Below, one piece after another: positions 1-8,689 of a stretch of DNA of 52,205 nucleotides (position 1 is the stretch's first letter; the number at the start of each line of letters is the position of its first letter). Source of the stretch: an uncultured Flavobacteriales bacterium (GTDB lineage: Bacteria > Bacteroidota > Bacteroidia > Flavobacteriales > UBA7312); assembly GCA_963991165.1 (NCBI GenBank), contig CAXDOW010000001.1:1-52205 (forward strand), read 5' to 3'. Under the pieces are notes generated by a model that ran no database searches, had not been told where the DNA came from, and worked only from the letters and a program-made list of their open reading frames with translations. The translations under genes were made by a program, and so were the position numbers.

Positions 1-65
1 CATCGTGTTGGGCGTAGGTAGTTTGGCCAGTGTCATTCCATTGCGCCAGCTGCAGCACGGGTGAT

Positions 66-791
66 TTACTCCTCCACGGTTTTGGTGGAATGACGTAACA
101 GATCATTTAGATTTTCTAGCTCCGTCTGTGTCAATTCTCGGTATTCCCCCATCTTAGTATCTAGGTGAATGTTCATAATGCGAATCCGTGTAAGGGTTTT
201 AACATGATAGCCCAGATATTCACACATTCTTCTAATTTGACGATTGAGCCCTTGGGTCAAGATGATTTTAAATTTTGATTTTCCCAAAGCAGTCACTTGG
301 CAGGGGCGGGTAATGGTCTCCAAAATAGGCACACCTTGGCTCATTTTGTTGATGAAAGCGGTGTTGATAGGTTTGTTGACGGTGACGATATATTCTTTTT
401 CGTGTTTGTTTCGGGCTCTTAAAATTTTGTTGACGATATCGCCATCGTTGGTCAATAACAATAGGCCTTGACTATCTTTGTCGAGACGACCAATGGGAAA
501 TATTCGTTTGGGGTAGTTGATAAAATCGACGATGTTATTTTTTTCGACTCTTGTATCGGTTGTACACACGATTCCTCTGGGTTTGTTGAGAGCCAAGTAG
601 ACCAGTGATTCGCTGGATTTATTAATGGTTTTGCCATCCACCTGAACGGTGTCACCAGTTCGTATTTTAGTTCCCATCAGTGGGACCGTCCCATTGATGG
701 TTACACGTCCTTGTTCGATGAGCTTGTCCGCAGCTCTTCGTGAGCAATAGCCTGATTCACTAAGGAACTTATTGATTCTTGTTTCTTTCAT
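66..791 (-). CDS. rluF: 23S rRNA pseudouridine synthase, RsuA/RluB/E/F family (RluF-like)
   Basis: 241-aa ORF. N-terminal S4 domain (RINKFLSESGYCSRRAADKLIEQGRVTING) and catalytic motif GRLDKDSQGLLLLTNDG. Its start overlaps the upstream gene stop by 4 nt. Confidence 0.9.
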   Translation of the reverse strand: MKETRINKFLSESGYCSRRAADKLIEQGRVTINGTVPLMGTKIRTGDTVQVDGKTINKSSESLVYLALNKPRGIVCTTDTRVEKNNIVDFINYPKRIFPIGRLDKDSQGLLLLTNDGDIVNKILRARNKHEKEYIVTVNKPINTAFINKMSQGVPILETITRPCQVTALGKSKFKIILTQGLNRQIRRMCEYLGYHVKTLTRIRIMNIHLDTKMGEYRELTQTELENLNDLLRHSTKTVEE

Positions 792-1303
792 TCAATTCGT
801 TTTCCTCTTCCAGCTCCCCAAAAAATTTCCCCAAAAAAATTGGTAAATTCAATATTGAAGAATATGGAGTCGCCAATTACCTCACCCTTGCTATCTCGTG
901 CATTATAGCCTTCCCTTCCAGCAATATCTTGATAAGTGACCATGAACTGATTGTCTTCAACTTGTCCAATCACATGTGTAAACTCTGCTGATAGATTAGG
1001 ATGTAAATTAGCCCAATTTTTTATAATTATCTGACTAAGGTTGTTCTTGTTTTGCTTGATTTCTATACTATAGTTTCTTGAATACCATTCATAAGGAATA
1101 ATGCCACCGTTTAAGCTGTCTGTTACACTATATTGACCGACGAAATGTTCGCTTTGATAATTGCAAGAGCCGTCATTTTGAGCCGCTTCATTATCATAAT
1201 TTAAAGCTAATAAATCGGTACATCCCTTTTTTTTACAAGAAAACAGAACAAAAACAAGTATGAGGGATAAAAAAACTAATAATTTAGAATTATATATCTT
1301 CAT
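788..1303 (-). CDS. hypothetical lipoprotein
   Basis: 171-aa ORF. Signal peptide with a lipobox-like LFSC (MKIYNSKLLVFLSLILVFVLFSCKKKG). No family recognised. Tightly packed between dusB and rluF. Confidence 0.75.
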   Translation of the reverse strand: MKIYNSKLLVFLSLILVFVLFSCKKKGCTDLLALNYDNEAAQNDGSCNYQSEHFVGQYSVTDSLNGGIIPYEWYSRNYSIEIKQNKNNLSQIIIKNWANLHPNLSAEFTHVIGQVEDNQFMVTYQDIAGREGYNARDSKGEVIGDSIFFNIEFTNFFGEIFWGAGRGKRIE

Positions 1304-1305
1304 AA

Positions 1306-2301
1306 TTAAGCAAATTCATATTCTCTAAAGGTATGTTCAATTTCATTTAGAATATCAAAAAGTTCTTGCGGTTCTTGAGCTGTTACCAAACGCATTCTGT
1401 AGTCTTTAAAATTGGGAATATGTTTGAAGTAATTGGTGTAGTGTCGACGCGTTTCTACCACTCCTAAAATGGGTCCTTTCCATTTGAGAGAAAAGCGCAA
1501 ATGCTCTTGGCATGTTTCTATACGGTCTTTCATGCTGGGAGGGGCTAAATGTTGGCCGGTTTTAAGAAAGTGTTTTATTTCGTTAAAAATCCATGGATAG
1601 CCAATAGCGGCTCTTCCTATCATAATGCCATCAACTCCGTATTTTTCTTTCTTTTCCAGGGCTGTTTCTGGACTATCCACGTCGCCATTTCCAAAGACAG
1701 GGATGTGCATTCGAGGGTTGTTTTTGACTTCGGCGATGAGCGACCAGTCGGCCTGTCCTTTATACATTTGTTTTCGTGTTCTGCCATGAATGGCTATGGC
1801 TTGAATACCCACGTCTTGAAGGCGTTCGGCCACTTCGACAATATATTGGCTATTTTCGTCCCATCCCAAGCGTGTTTTAACAGTCACAGGCAAGTTGGTT
1901 GACTTGACAATTTCTTTAGTCATAGATACCATTTTGGGAATATCTTGTAAAATACCAGCGCCAGCTCCTTTGCAGGTTACTTTTTTGACCGGGCATCCGT
2001 AGTTGATATCGATGAAGTCAGGATTTACCTTTTCACAAATTTTAGTGGTTTGCTTCATGGAGTTTATATCATGACCAAAAATTTGAATAGCCAATGGACG
2101 TTCGTAATCGAAAAAATCGAGTTTTTCGACACTTTTAACGGCATCTCTTATGAGTCCTTCTGAGGAGATAAATTCAGTGTACATAACGTCGGCACCATGC
2201 TTCTTGCAAAGGGCTCTAAAAGGAGGGTCGCTGACGTCTTCCATAGGAGCCAACAATAATGGAAACTCACCTAAATCGATATTGCCTATCTTTACGCTCA
2301 T
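1306..2301 (-). CDS. dusB: tRNA-dihydrouridine synthase
   Basis: 331 aa. Dus-family N-terminus LAPMEDVSDPPFRALCKKHGADVMYTEFISSEGL, with the length and layout of a TIM-barrel flavoenzyme. Confidence 0.92.
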   Translation of the reverse strand: MSVKIGNIDLGEFPLLLAPMEDVSDPPFRALCKKHGADVMYTEFISSEGLIRDAVKSVEKLDFFDYERPLAIQIFGHDINSMKQTTKICEKVNPDFIDINYGCPVKKVTCKGAGAGILQDIPKMVSMTKEIVKSTNLPVTVKTRLGWDENSQYIVEVAERLQDVGIQAIAIHGRTRKQMYKGQADWSLIAEVKNNPRMHIPVFGNGDVDSPETALEKKEKYGVDGIMIGRAAIGYPWIFNEIKHFLKTGQHLAPPSMKDRIETCQEHLRFSLKWKGPILGVVETRRHYTNYFKHIPNFKDYRMRLVTAQEPQELFDILNEIEHTFREYEFA

Positions 2302-2309
2302 AATCAGTA

Positions 2310-2317
2310 CAAAATTA
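2310..2317 (-). promoter_or_regulatory. -7 box candidate (TAATTTTG) for dusB-lipoprotein-rluF
   Basis: Matches TAnnTTTG, 8 nt upstream of the dusB ATG (2301). Confidence 0.4.
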
Positions 2318-2333
2318 ATTAATTATTTCTGTC

Positions 2334-3221
2334 ATGAGTTATAAGGGCATTTACGCCTCGTCAACGGCTAACAAACAAGTGTTTATTTTCATTATGTTGG
2401 TTGTCATGGGGTTTTTATTGGGTAATTCTATTGGTATGCTAGGTTCTTTAGTGTTCAACCCATCTTCCATGACCGATTTTCAAAACGAGGATACGGTATA
2501 TAGTTTGAAGTTTTTACAAGCGTTTAGCTCACTTGGGATTTTTGTTTTTCCTCCTCTTCTTTTTTGGTATTTGACGGGAACGACCCACTATTTTAACAAG
2601 GTAAGCCGTCAGCAGATATTATTAACCATAGCCATTATGTTGTTTTCATGGCCTTTGATAAATTTTTTATCGGTATGGAATGAAGGACTTCAATTGCCTT
2701 CTTTTTTATCAGATTTAGAGGCCTGGATGCGTTTGGCGGAAGCCAAAGCCATGCAAATTACCGAAGCATTTTTGGCGGTAGACACTTGGAGTGGTTTGTT
2801 GGTCAATTTGATTATTATAGCTCTTATTCCTGCCTTTGGAGAAGAGTTTCTTTTTAGAGGGATTATTCAGAACGGTTTGGTGAAGTGGACTGGAAAGATA
2901 CATCTAAGTATTTGGCTGTCGGCCTTTCTGTTCAGTGCCATGCATCTTCAGTTTTTAGGTTTTGTTCCTCGTTTTTTGATTGGCGGTATGTTTGGTTATT
3001 TGATGGTTTGGAGTGGTTCGATATGGTTGCCTATAGTGGCTCACTTTGTAAATAATGCGGCGGCTGTTTTGCTGACCTTTTTCGTAATGGGTGGTCGCCT
3101 CACTAAAGAAGTAGAAAGCATAGGCACTAATGACGGACAGGAAGCCATGGTGTTGATTTCGGTAGTTGGTTTGGCCATGTTGTTATTTTTGTTAAAGCAG
3201 ATATCGCCAACACGGACATAA
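2334..3221 (+). CDS. CPBP (CAAX) family intramembrane glutamic endopeptidase
   Basis: 295-aa polytopic membrane protein with CPBP motifs EEFLFRG, FSAMH and HFVNN. Confidence 0.88.
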   Translation: MSYKGIYASSTANKQVFIFIMLVVMGFLLGNSIGMLGSLVFNPSSMTDFQNEDTVYSLKFLQAFSSLGIFVFPPLLFWYLTGTTHYFNKVSRQQILLTIAIMLFSWPLINFLSVWNEGLQLPSFLSDLEAWMRLAEAKAMQITEAFLAVDTWSGLLVNLIIIALIPAFGEEFLFRGIIQNGLVKWTGKIHLSIWLSAFLFSAMHLQFLGFVPRFLIGGMFGYLMVWSGSIWLPIVAHFVNNAAAVLLTFFVMGGRLTKEVESIGTNDGQEAMVLISVVGLAMLLFLLKQISPTRT

Positions 3222-3244
3222 AAAAAGCACTCCAAAAGAGTGCT
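3219..3244 (-). terminator. rho-independent terminator after the exbB-exbD cluster (possibly bidirectional)
   Basis: Stem AGCACTC / GAGTGCT (3226-3232 and 3238-3244) with loop CAAAA. On the minus strand it is followed by a T run (A run 3220-3225). Lies between convergent genes ending at 3221 and 3271. Confidence 0.7.
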
Positions 3245-3270
3245 GTTTGAACGGTATTAAAGCCAAGATT

Positions 3271-3738
3271 TTAACGTACTTCTTTTCTGGTAGAGTAGTT
3301 AATTTTAAGAGCGTTGGCTTTTCTTAATTCTTGCTTGACATCGGTTACAATGCCCATTTTTGTATCCAAATCTACCTTGATGGAGGTCGTCATGAAAGGC
3401 ACTTCTTTTTCGTCTCTAGCAGCTCTTTCCGCAGTAATGTATTGAGGAATGTCATCCACGTTAGCAAAGGCATCGTTCAATTGGATTCGTGCTTTGGTAC
3501 CATAAGTGCCCTGCATCCGTTCTACAGGACTACCAATGTAAATGTAGCTGACTAAAGATTTTTTCTCTAGTTTCTGTATCTCACTAGCTTGTGGTAAACT
3601 TTGTTTTACCATAATGGTAGTCTCTCTCATAACGGTAGTTACCATAAAGAAAAACAAGAGCATAAATACAATATCGGGCAAAGAGGCCGTGGAGATACCT
3701 GGCGTGTCTTTACTAGTGTTATTTCTGAATTTAGACAT
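3271..3738 (-). CDS. exbD: ExbD/TolR family biopolymer transport protein
   Basis: 155 aa. Single N-terminal TM signature DIVFMLLFFFMVTT. Last gene of the exbB cluster. Confidence 0.88.
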   Translation of the reverse strand: MSKFRNNTSKDTPGISTASLPDIVFMLLFFFMVTTVMRETTIMVKQSLPQASEIQKLEKKSLVSYIYIGSPVERMQGTYGTKARIQLNDAFANVDDIPQYITAERAARDEKEVPFMTTSIKVDLDTKMGIVTDVKQELRKANALKINYSTRKEVR

Positions 3739-3740
3739 AA

Positions 3741-4286
3741 TTATTTTCCAATATTTTTAGGTTCTGCCTCTGAAATTTTTTGGGGATATTCTTTTCTGAT
3801 TTCCTTTTGTTTCTTTTTGGTCAGATCTTTGTAGAGAACCCCAAATTTTTGCATAGAACGTGCGTCCCTCAGTTCGCGGTAGGCCGCTGCCAATTCGTTT
3901 TGCACTTTAATATAGGTTTCATAAGATGTACCTCTATCATTTTGCAATGAGATAATAGCTTTTTGAGGGTTGTCTGATGATTCGGGATCTCGACCTCGGT
4001 TGTTGATAAAGGCCTTGGCACCCGCACGTAGTTGGGAAACATCCATAAACTCATTTTCCACTAACAACTGATTGTTAGAGTTGATGAGCACCACATAGAT
4101 ATTTTTTGCTTTGATTTGGGAATCATCTTGTTCTATTTCTTCTTCTGGCATGGGAGGCAACTTACGTGCCAAACCCGTATCGACATCCATGGTGGTCGTT
4201 ACAAGAAAGAAGATAAGAAGAAGGAATGCTATGTCGGCCATGGAGCCGGCATTGATTTCCGATGCGCCTTTTGCTCTTCTAGCCAT
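3741..4286 (-). CDS. exbD: ExbD/TolR family biopolymer transport protein
   Basis: 181 aa. N-terminal TM signature MADIAFLLLIFFLVTTTM. 2-nt spacer to the next exbD. Confidence 0.88.
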   Translation of the reverse strand: MARRAKGASEINAGSMADIAFLLLIFFLVTTTMDVDTGLARKLPPMPEEEIEQDDSQIKAKNIYVVLINSNNQLLVENEFMDVSQLRAGAKAFINNRGRDPESSDNPQKAIISLQNDRGTSYETYIKVQNELAAAYRELRDARSMQKFGVLYKDLTKKKQKEIRKEYPQKISEAEPKNIGK

Positions 4287-4289
4287 AAT

Positions 4290-4628
4290 TTATTTTTTTA
4301 AGAATTTACCTACTTCAGCATAAAGTACCGATAAGATGGCACCAGCAGAAAGTATGTAAAAAGTGATAAGCCCCATACCAACACGTTTGGTGGACGCTTC
4401 CGTCATCCCAAACTTTTCTGACCCTGGAAAAGTAAGAATTTCTCCAGAGGCAAATACATAGGAAATAATACAAACAAGTAACAAACTTCCAATGCCTATG
4501 AGGGCGGTTTTTCCTTTGGACGGATTCTTGGCTAAAAACAAGATGGGATAAACCAAAGCCGCTAAGGCAGCTACCCCAATCATGATATAGGTTAGAATTA
4601 GTCCAGCGTTTACTAAGAAATCGGACAT
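4290..4628 (-). CDS. small integral membrane protein of unknown function in the exbB-exbD cluster
   Basis: 112 aa with several hydrophobic helices (LILTYIMIGVAALAALVYPILFL, LIGIGSLLLVCIISYVFA, GLITFYILSAGAILSVLYA). Spacers of 2 and 3 nt to exbB and exbD. Confidence 0.75.
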   Translation of the reverse strand: MSDFLVNAGLILTYIMIGVAALAALVYPILFLAKNPSKGKTALIGIGSLLLVCIISYVFASGEILTFPGSEKFGMTEASTKRVGMGLITFYILSAGAILSVLYAEVGKFLKK

Positions 4629-4630
4629 AC

Positions 4631-5434
4631 TTACTTGATTTTATTTTTTACTAAAATGTCAACAAAAGAAATAGACGCATCTTCCATAGTATTGACGATG
4701 CTATCGATTTTGGCTACGATGTAGTTGTAGAAAATTTGAAGAATCATAGCCACTATTAGACCGAATACGGTGGTTAAAAGGGCCACTTTAATACCTCCTG
4801 CTACCAAAGATGGAGAGATGTCTCCGGCCGCTTCAATAGCGTCAAAAGCACCAATCATACCTATAACTGTTCCCATGAAACCAAGCATTGGAGCAAGTGC
4901 AATGAATAAAGATATCCACGAAAGACCTCTTTCCAATAGACCCATCTGTACACTACCATAAGCCACTACCGACTTTTCTACTACGTCAATACCTTCGTTG
5001 GAGCGATCCAGTCCTTGGTAGAAAATACTAGATACGGGGCCAGGTGTATTACGGCAAATTTCTTTAGCGTTGTCCACACTGCCCGATGAAATAGCACTTT
5101 CTATGTCAGTTAAAAGGGCATCGGTATTGGTTGTTGCTCTGTTGAGGTAGATAATTCGTTCGATACAAAGAGCCAACCCTAAAATCAAACACAAAAGGAC
5201 AATTCCCATAAACGAAGGGCCTCCTTCAATAAATTTTTGTTTAATGACTTGATGAAAAGAACGATTTTCTTGGGGCTCGTCGGTGACCTCTGTATTAGTC
5301 GTTTTTTCTGCCATTTGTGTCTCTTCCATCTGAGTGGTGGTGTCCATATCATCTTGGACAGTGGCATAAGTCAAATGACTGCTGCCGAGCATAAAGGAAG
5401 TAGCCAATAAAAATAGTGCTAAGAGATTTTTCAT
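4631..5434 (-). CDS. exbB: MotA/TolQ/ExbB proton-channel family protein
   Basis: 267 aa. Signal peptide, acidic N-terminal stretch, then the ExbB core (GIVLLCLILGLALCIERIIYL ... LAPMLGFMGTVIGMIGAF). Confidence 0.9.
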   Translation of the reverse strand: MKNLLALFLLATSFMLGSSHLTYATVQDDMDTTTQMEETQMAEKTTNTEVTDEPQENRSFHQVIKQKFIEGGPSFMGIVLLCLILGLALCIERIIYLNRATTNTDALLTDIESAISSGSVDNAKEICRNTPGPVSSIFYQGLDRSNEGIDVVEKSVVAYGSVQMGLLERGLSWISLFIALAPMLGFMGTVIGMIGAFDAIEAAGDISPSLVAGGIKVALLTTVFGLIVAMILQIFYNYIVAKIDSIVNTMEDASISFVDILVKNKIK

Positions 5435-5477
5435 TTCGATATTTGTTTTTTAATTGAGGTTACATTTTTAATCTTCG

Positions 5478-5485
5478 CAAATTTA
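5478..5485 (-). promoter_or_regulatory. -7 box candidate (TAAATTTG) for the exbB cluster
   Basis: Matches TAnnTTTG, 43 nt upstream of the exbB ATG (5434). Confidence 0.4.
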
Positions 5486-5791
5486 CACAAATAAATAGTT
5501 TAAAAAAATGGAGTTTAAAATTAATGACTTTTTGAATGTAAGCGGACATTGTCAAACCCAACATAGTTGAATTTATATGTTTGTATAATTCTATTGTACG
5601 CTATAGACATTGGATATTGTATTATTATAAAGCGGTAGGAAAAACCTATCAATACTTAATTAGCTTGTATTTACACTGTTTGTTTGATGAGAAAATTATT
5701 GAAATGACATTTAACACCCTTTGTGAGATTATTGACATTGAAATAAAAAAACCAATGAAAGAGGATACTTTATTTAAGTTTTTCTTTAATT

Positions 5792-5813
5792 AAAAAAAAA
5801 CACCCATTGGGTG
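5792..5813 (-). terminator. rho-independent terminator downstream of tRNA-Ser
   Basis: Stem CACCC / GGGTG (5801-5805 and 5809-5813) with a 3-nt loop. On the minus strand it is followed by T9 (A9 at 5792-5800). The stem is short, so confidence is moderate. Confidence 0.55.
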
Positions 5814-5826
5814 CTTTTGTCTATTG

Positions 5827-5911
5827 CGGAAAGGAAGGGATTCGAACCCCCGATACGTTTCCGTATACACGCTTTCCAAGCGTGCGCCTTAAGCCACTCG
5901 GCCACCTTTCC
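5827..5911 (-). tRNA. tRNA-Ser (anticodon GGA)
   Basis: The reverse complement reads GGAAAGGTGGCCGAGTGGCTTAAGGCGCACGCTTGGAAAGCGTGTATACGGAAACGTATCGGGGGTTCGAATCCCTTCCTTTCCG. It has a 7-bp acceptor stem GGAAAGG/CCTTTCC, anticodon stem CACGC/GCGTG with loop TTGGAAA, a long variable arm (ATACG GAAA CGTAT) and a GTTCGAATC T-loop. CCA is not encoded. Confidence 0.93.
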
Positions 5912-5922
5912 AATAGGGTTGG

Positions 5923-5930
5923 CAAATCTA
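5923..5930 (-). promoter_or_regulatory. -7 box candidate (TAGATTTG) for tRNA-Ser
   Basis: Matches TAnnTTTG, 11 nt upstream of the tRNA 5' end (5911). Confidence 0.45.
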
Positions 5931-5941
5931 ATAAATGAAAT

Positions 5942-6940
5942 TTAAATAGTTAGCTCGCCACGTAATGAAATTTGAAGGAGCGTTTTAATTTGTTTTTCGC
6001 TATGTCCTTGACCAATCAAAAACATGAGTTTGGTTACTGCCGCCTCAATAGTCATATCGTGTCCACTAACCACTCCTAACTCTTCTAGTTTGGAACTAGT
6101 TTCATACAGTCCTTGACTTACGCTTCCTGATAAACACTGACTTACATTTAAAATAATTTTACCTTTTTCAATGGCTTTTTTAATGCTGTCTAAAAACCAG
6201 CTTGCCGTGGTAGCGTTGCCTGTACCATAAGTTTCTAAAATAAGTCCTTTATAGTTCAACTCTAAGATAGAAGCTATCAATTCTGGATTCATACTTGGGA
6301 ATAGCTTTAAAACCAGTATTTGTTCACTTAAGCTGGTATGAAGAGTCAAATCCTTACGGCTATGTTCGTAACCTATGGGGCTATACTTTATTTGTAAGCC
6401 CGCCTCGGCAAGAGGGATAAAGTTCGGACTTTTGAAGGCCTCGAAGTGCTCGGCCTTGATTTTGGTGCATCGATTGCCTCTCAACAGATGATACTCAAAG
6501 TACACACATACTTCAGGAATACATGACTGAGCCGCCAATTCTATCGAAGTGATAATGTTTTCTTTGGCGTCCGTTCGTCGCACACCGATGGGTAATTGAG
6601 CACCAGTGAGAATGACTGGTTTATTCAAGTTTTCGAGCATAAAACTTAGGGCTGAAGCGGTGTATGCCATGGTGTCGGAGCCATGTAAAATGACGAAGCC
6701 CTTATATTTTTTGTAGTTTTTTTTAATGATTTGGGCGAGCTGTACCCATACCTCAATAGATATGTTGGAAGAATCTATAGGTTGGTCTATGCTAATGGCT
6801 TCCAAGTTGATGTCAAAAGACCTAAGCTCTGGAATTTGAGTATGAAGCGTTTCCAAATCAAAGGGGCGTAAACTGCCATGTAATGTTTTGTACATGCCAA
6901 TAGTACCTCCTGTATAGATAAGTAATACCGAATCTGTCAT
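5942..6940 (-). CDS. ansA: type I L-asparaginase
   Basis: 332 aa. N-terminal active-site motif LLIYTGGTIGM, plus HGSDTMAYTASAL. Confidence 0.9.
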   Translation of the reverse strand: MTDSVLLIYTGGTIGMYKTLHGSLRPFDLETLHTQIPELRSFDINLEAISIDQPIDSSNISIEVWVQLAQIIKKNYKKYKGFVILHGSDTMAYTASALSFMLENLNKPVILTGAQLPIGVRRTDAKENIITSIELAAQSCIPEVCVYFEYHLLRGNRCTKIKAEHFEAFKSPNFIPLAEAGLQIKYSPIGYEHSRKDLTLHTSLSEQILVLKLFPSMNPELIASILELNYKGLILETYGTGNATTASWFLDSIKKAIEKGKIILNVSQCLSGSVSQGLYETSSKLEELGVVSGHDMTIEAAVTKLMFLIGQGHSEKQIKTLLQISLRGELTI

Positions 6941-6942
6941 AG

Positions 6943-7710
6943 TTATAGCTTAAATAAGGTGTGAGCATTGTGCGTCGTTATTCGTGCCACTTCTTGAATG
7001 TCAAGCTCATAAATGTCCGCTAATTTTTGAGCTATGATGGGCAAAAAAGAACTTTCATTGCGTTGGCCTCTATGGGGCGTAGGGGCAAGATAAGGGCTGT
7101 CGGTCTCTAAAACGAGGCGTTCTAAAGGAAGCTCTTTTAAGGTTTTGTCCAAACCACTATTTTTAAAGGTTACCACCCCACCTATGCCTAGCATAAATCC
7201 CATTTCTATAGCTTTTTTTCCTTGCTCGACAGTGCCGGTAAAACAGTGAAAAACACCTCTTAGTTTGTCTGCATTCACTTCTTCAACTATCTTAAAAACG
7301 TCATCAAAACTATCTCTGATATGAATAGCCACTGGTAAATCGTATTCTTTTCCCCAAATGAGTTGTTGACGAAATGCCTCTTTTTGAATACCCAAAGTGC
7401 TTTTATCCCAATATAAATCGATACCAATTTCGCCTATCGCCACATAATTTCCTTTGTCTAAATGAGACTTAATGGTTTCCAATTCTTCCAAAAAGCTTTC
7501 CTTAACCTCACAGGGATGCAAACCCATCATGGGAAAACAGTGATTAGGAAAGTTTTGACACAACTCATGCATGTTTTCTACACTATCGCTGTTAATATTG
7601 GGGAGTAACATTTTATTTACACCAGTATCTAGAGCCTTTTGGACGACTTCCTGTCTGTCTAGATCAAACTGATTAGCAAACAGATGAGTATGGGTGTCAA
7701 TAAGAATCAT
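6943..7710 (-). CDS. TatD family metal-dependent hydrolase
   Basis: 255 aa. ILIDTHTHL N-terminus and the His/Asp pattern typical of TatD/YcfH. Confidence 0.9.
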   Translation of the reverse strand: MILIDTHTHLFANQFDLDRQEVVQKALDTGVNKMLLPNINSDSVENMHELCQNFPNHCFPMMGLHPCEVKESFLEELETIKSHLDKGNYVAIGEIGIDLYWDKSTLGIQKEAFRQQLIWGKEYDLPVAIHIRDSFDDVFKIVEEVNADKLRGVFHCFTGTVEQGKKAIEMGFMLGIGGVVTFKNSGLDKTLKELPLERLVLETDSPYLAPTPHRGQRNESSFLPIIAQKLADIYELDIQEVARITTHNAHTLFKL

Positions 7711-7735
7711 GGCGGTAAAATTAGGATAATTTCTT

Positions 7736-7743
7736 TAGCTTTG
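7736..7743 (+). promoter_or_regulatory. -7 box candidate (TAGCTTTG) for the GT9 gene
   Basis: Matches TAnnTTTG, 16 nt upstream of ATG 7760. Confidence 0.4.
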
Positions 7744-7759
7744 GAGGGTGCCAAAACCA

Positions 7760-8689
7760 ATGAAAATATTAGTCATTCGCCTCAGTTCCATTGGCGATAT
7801 TGTATTGACTTCTCCAGTAGTCAGAATCTTAAAAAAACAACTCCATGCCGAGGTTCATTTTTTGACTAAAAAAACTTTTTCTTCTTGGCTTTCTCACAAT
7901 CCCCATATAGATGTCATTCATCATTATGAGAAGGGCAATAAACCACTCAAAAAAGAAGGCTTCGATTTCATCGTAGATTTGCACCACAACCTTCGTACTT
8001 TTAAACTAAAGTGGGCTTTGAGGGTACCTTCTAAAAGCGTCAATAAGTTGAACATTAGAAAGTTTGTTTTGACTACTTTCAAGTGGAACATCATGCCGCC
8101 CATTCACATGGTGGATAGAAACGTTGCTACGGTGGCCCATTTAGGTGTCAAAAACGACATGGAGGGACTGGATTTTTTCATTCCCAAAACGGAAACTTTG
8201 CCTCTTGATTTTCAATTCACAAGTCCTTTTGTGGCGGTTGTTATTGGTGGTCAGCATGCCACTAAAATACTACCCACCTTCAAACTTATTGAATTGTGTA
8301 AGCAGCTAAACAGACCTTTTGTTTTAGTAGGTGGCCCTGAAGATAAAGAAAGAGGAGATGACATTATTGCAGAGACTACACAAGGAATAAATGCTTGTGG
8401 TCGTTTAACACTTATTCAGTCGGCTTTGTTAGTTAAAGGCGCCGACTTTGTGGTGTCTCACGATACGGGTATGATGCACATTTCGGCAGCATTAAAAAAG
8501 AAAATTTTTTCCGTTTGGGGCAACACAGTGCCTGCTTTTGGTATGGTGCCTTATCTTGCCGACCCATCGTCAGTCATGGTTGAACATAAAGATTTAGGAT
8601 GTCGTCCGTGTTCCAAAATCGGCTATTCTAAATGCCCAAGAGGTCATTTTAAATGTATGAAGGCGATTGATTTATCACCAATTAAGTAA
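7760..8689 (+). CDS. glycosyltransferase family 9 (heptosyltransferase-like)
   Basis: N-terminus MKILVIRLSSIGDIVLTSPV is typical of GT9. I prefer ATG 7760 over the track's GTG 7748 because a TAGCTTTG -7 box ends at 7743. Confidence 0.85.
   Translation: MKILVIRLSSIGDIVLTSPVVRILKKQLHAEVHFLTKKTFSSWLSHNPHIDVIHHYEKGNKPLKKEGFDFIVDLHHNLRTFKLKWALRVPSKSVNKLNIRKFVLTTFKWNIMPPIHMVDRNVATVAHLGVKNDMEGLDFFIPKTETLPLDFQFTSPFVAVVIGGQHATKILPTFKLIELCKQLNRPFVLVGGPEDKERGDDIIAETTQGINACGRLTLIQSALLVKGADFVVSHDTGMMHISAALKKKIFSVWGNTVPAFGMVPYLADPSSVMVEHKDLGCRPCSKIGYSKCPRGHFKCMKAIDLSPIK

Noticed and set aside
2-64. Possible 3' end of a plus-strand gene at the left edge (frame 2 is open to TGA at 62-64, and the stretch is more GC-rich than its surroundings)
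   Set aside because: Only 21 codons are visible and I recognise no motif, so this cannot be supported as a feature.
1549-1902. 117-aa plus-strand ORF inside dusB. Similar nested antisense ORFs are at 21972-22337, 26509-26850, 28920-29201, 35751-36050, 12738-12974 and 46331-46537.
   Set aside because: Each lies entirely within a well-supported gene on the opposite strand and has a low-complexity or odd composition with no family signature. These are typical antisense frame artefacts.
5581-5793. 70-aa TTG-start ORF in the exbB/tRNA spacer
   Set aside because: The composition looks like translated AT-rich non-coding DNA. There is no -7 box in front and no recognisable motif. It is kept only as part of the low-interest spacer finding.
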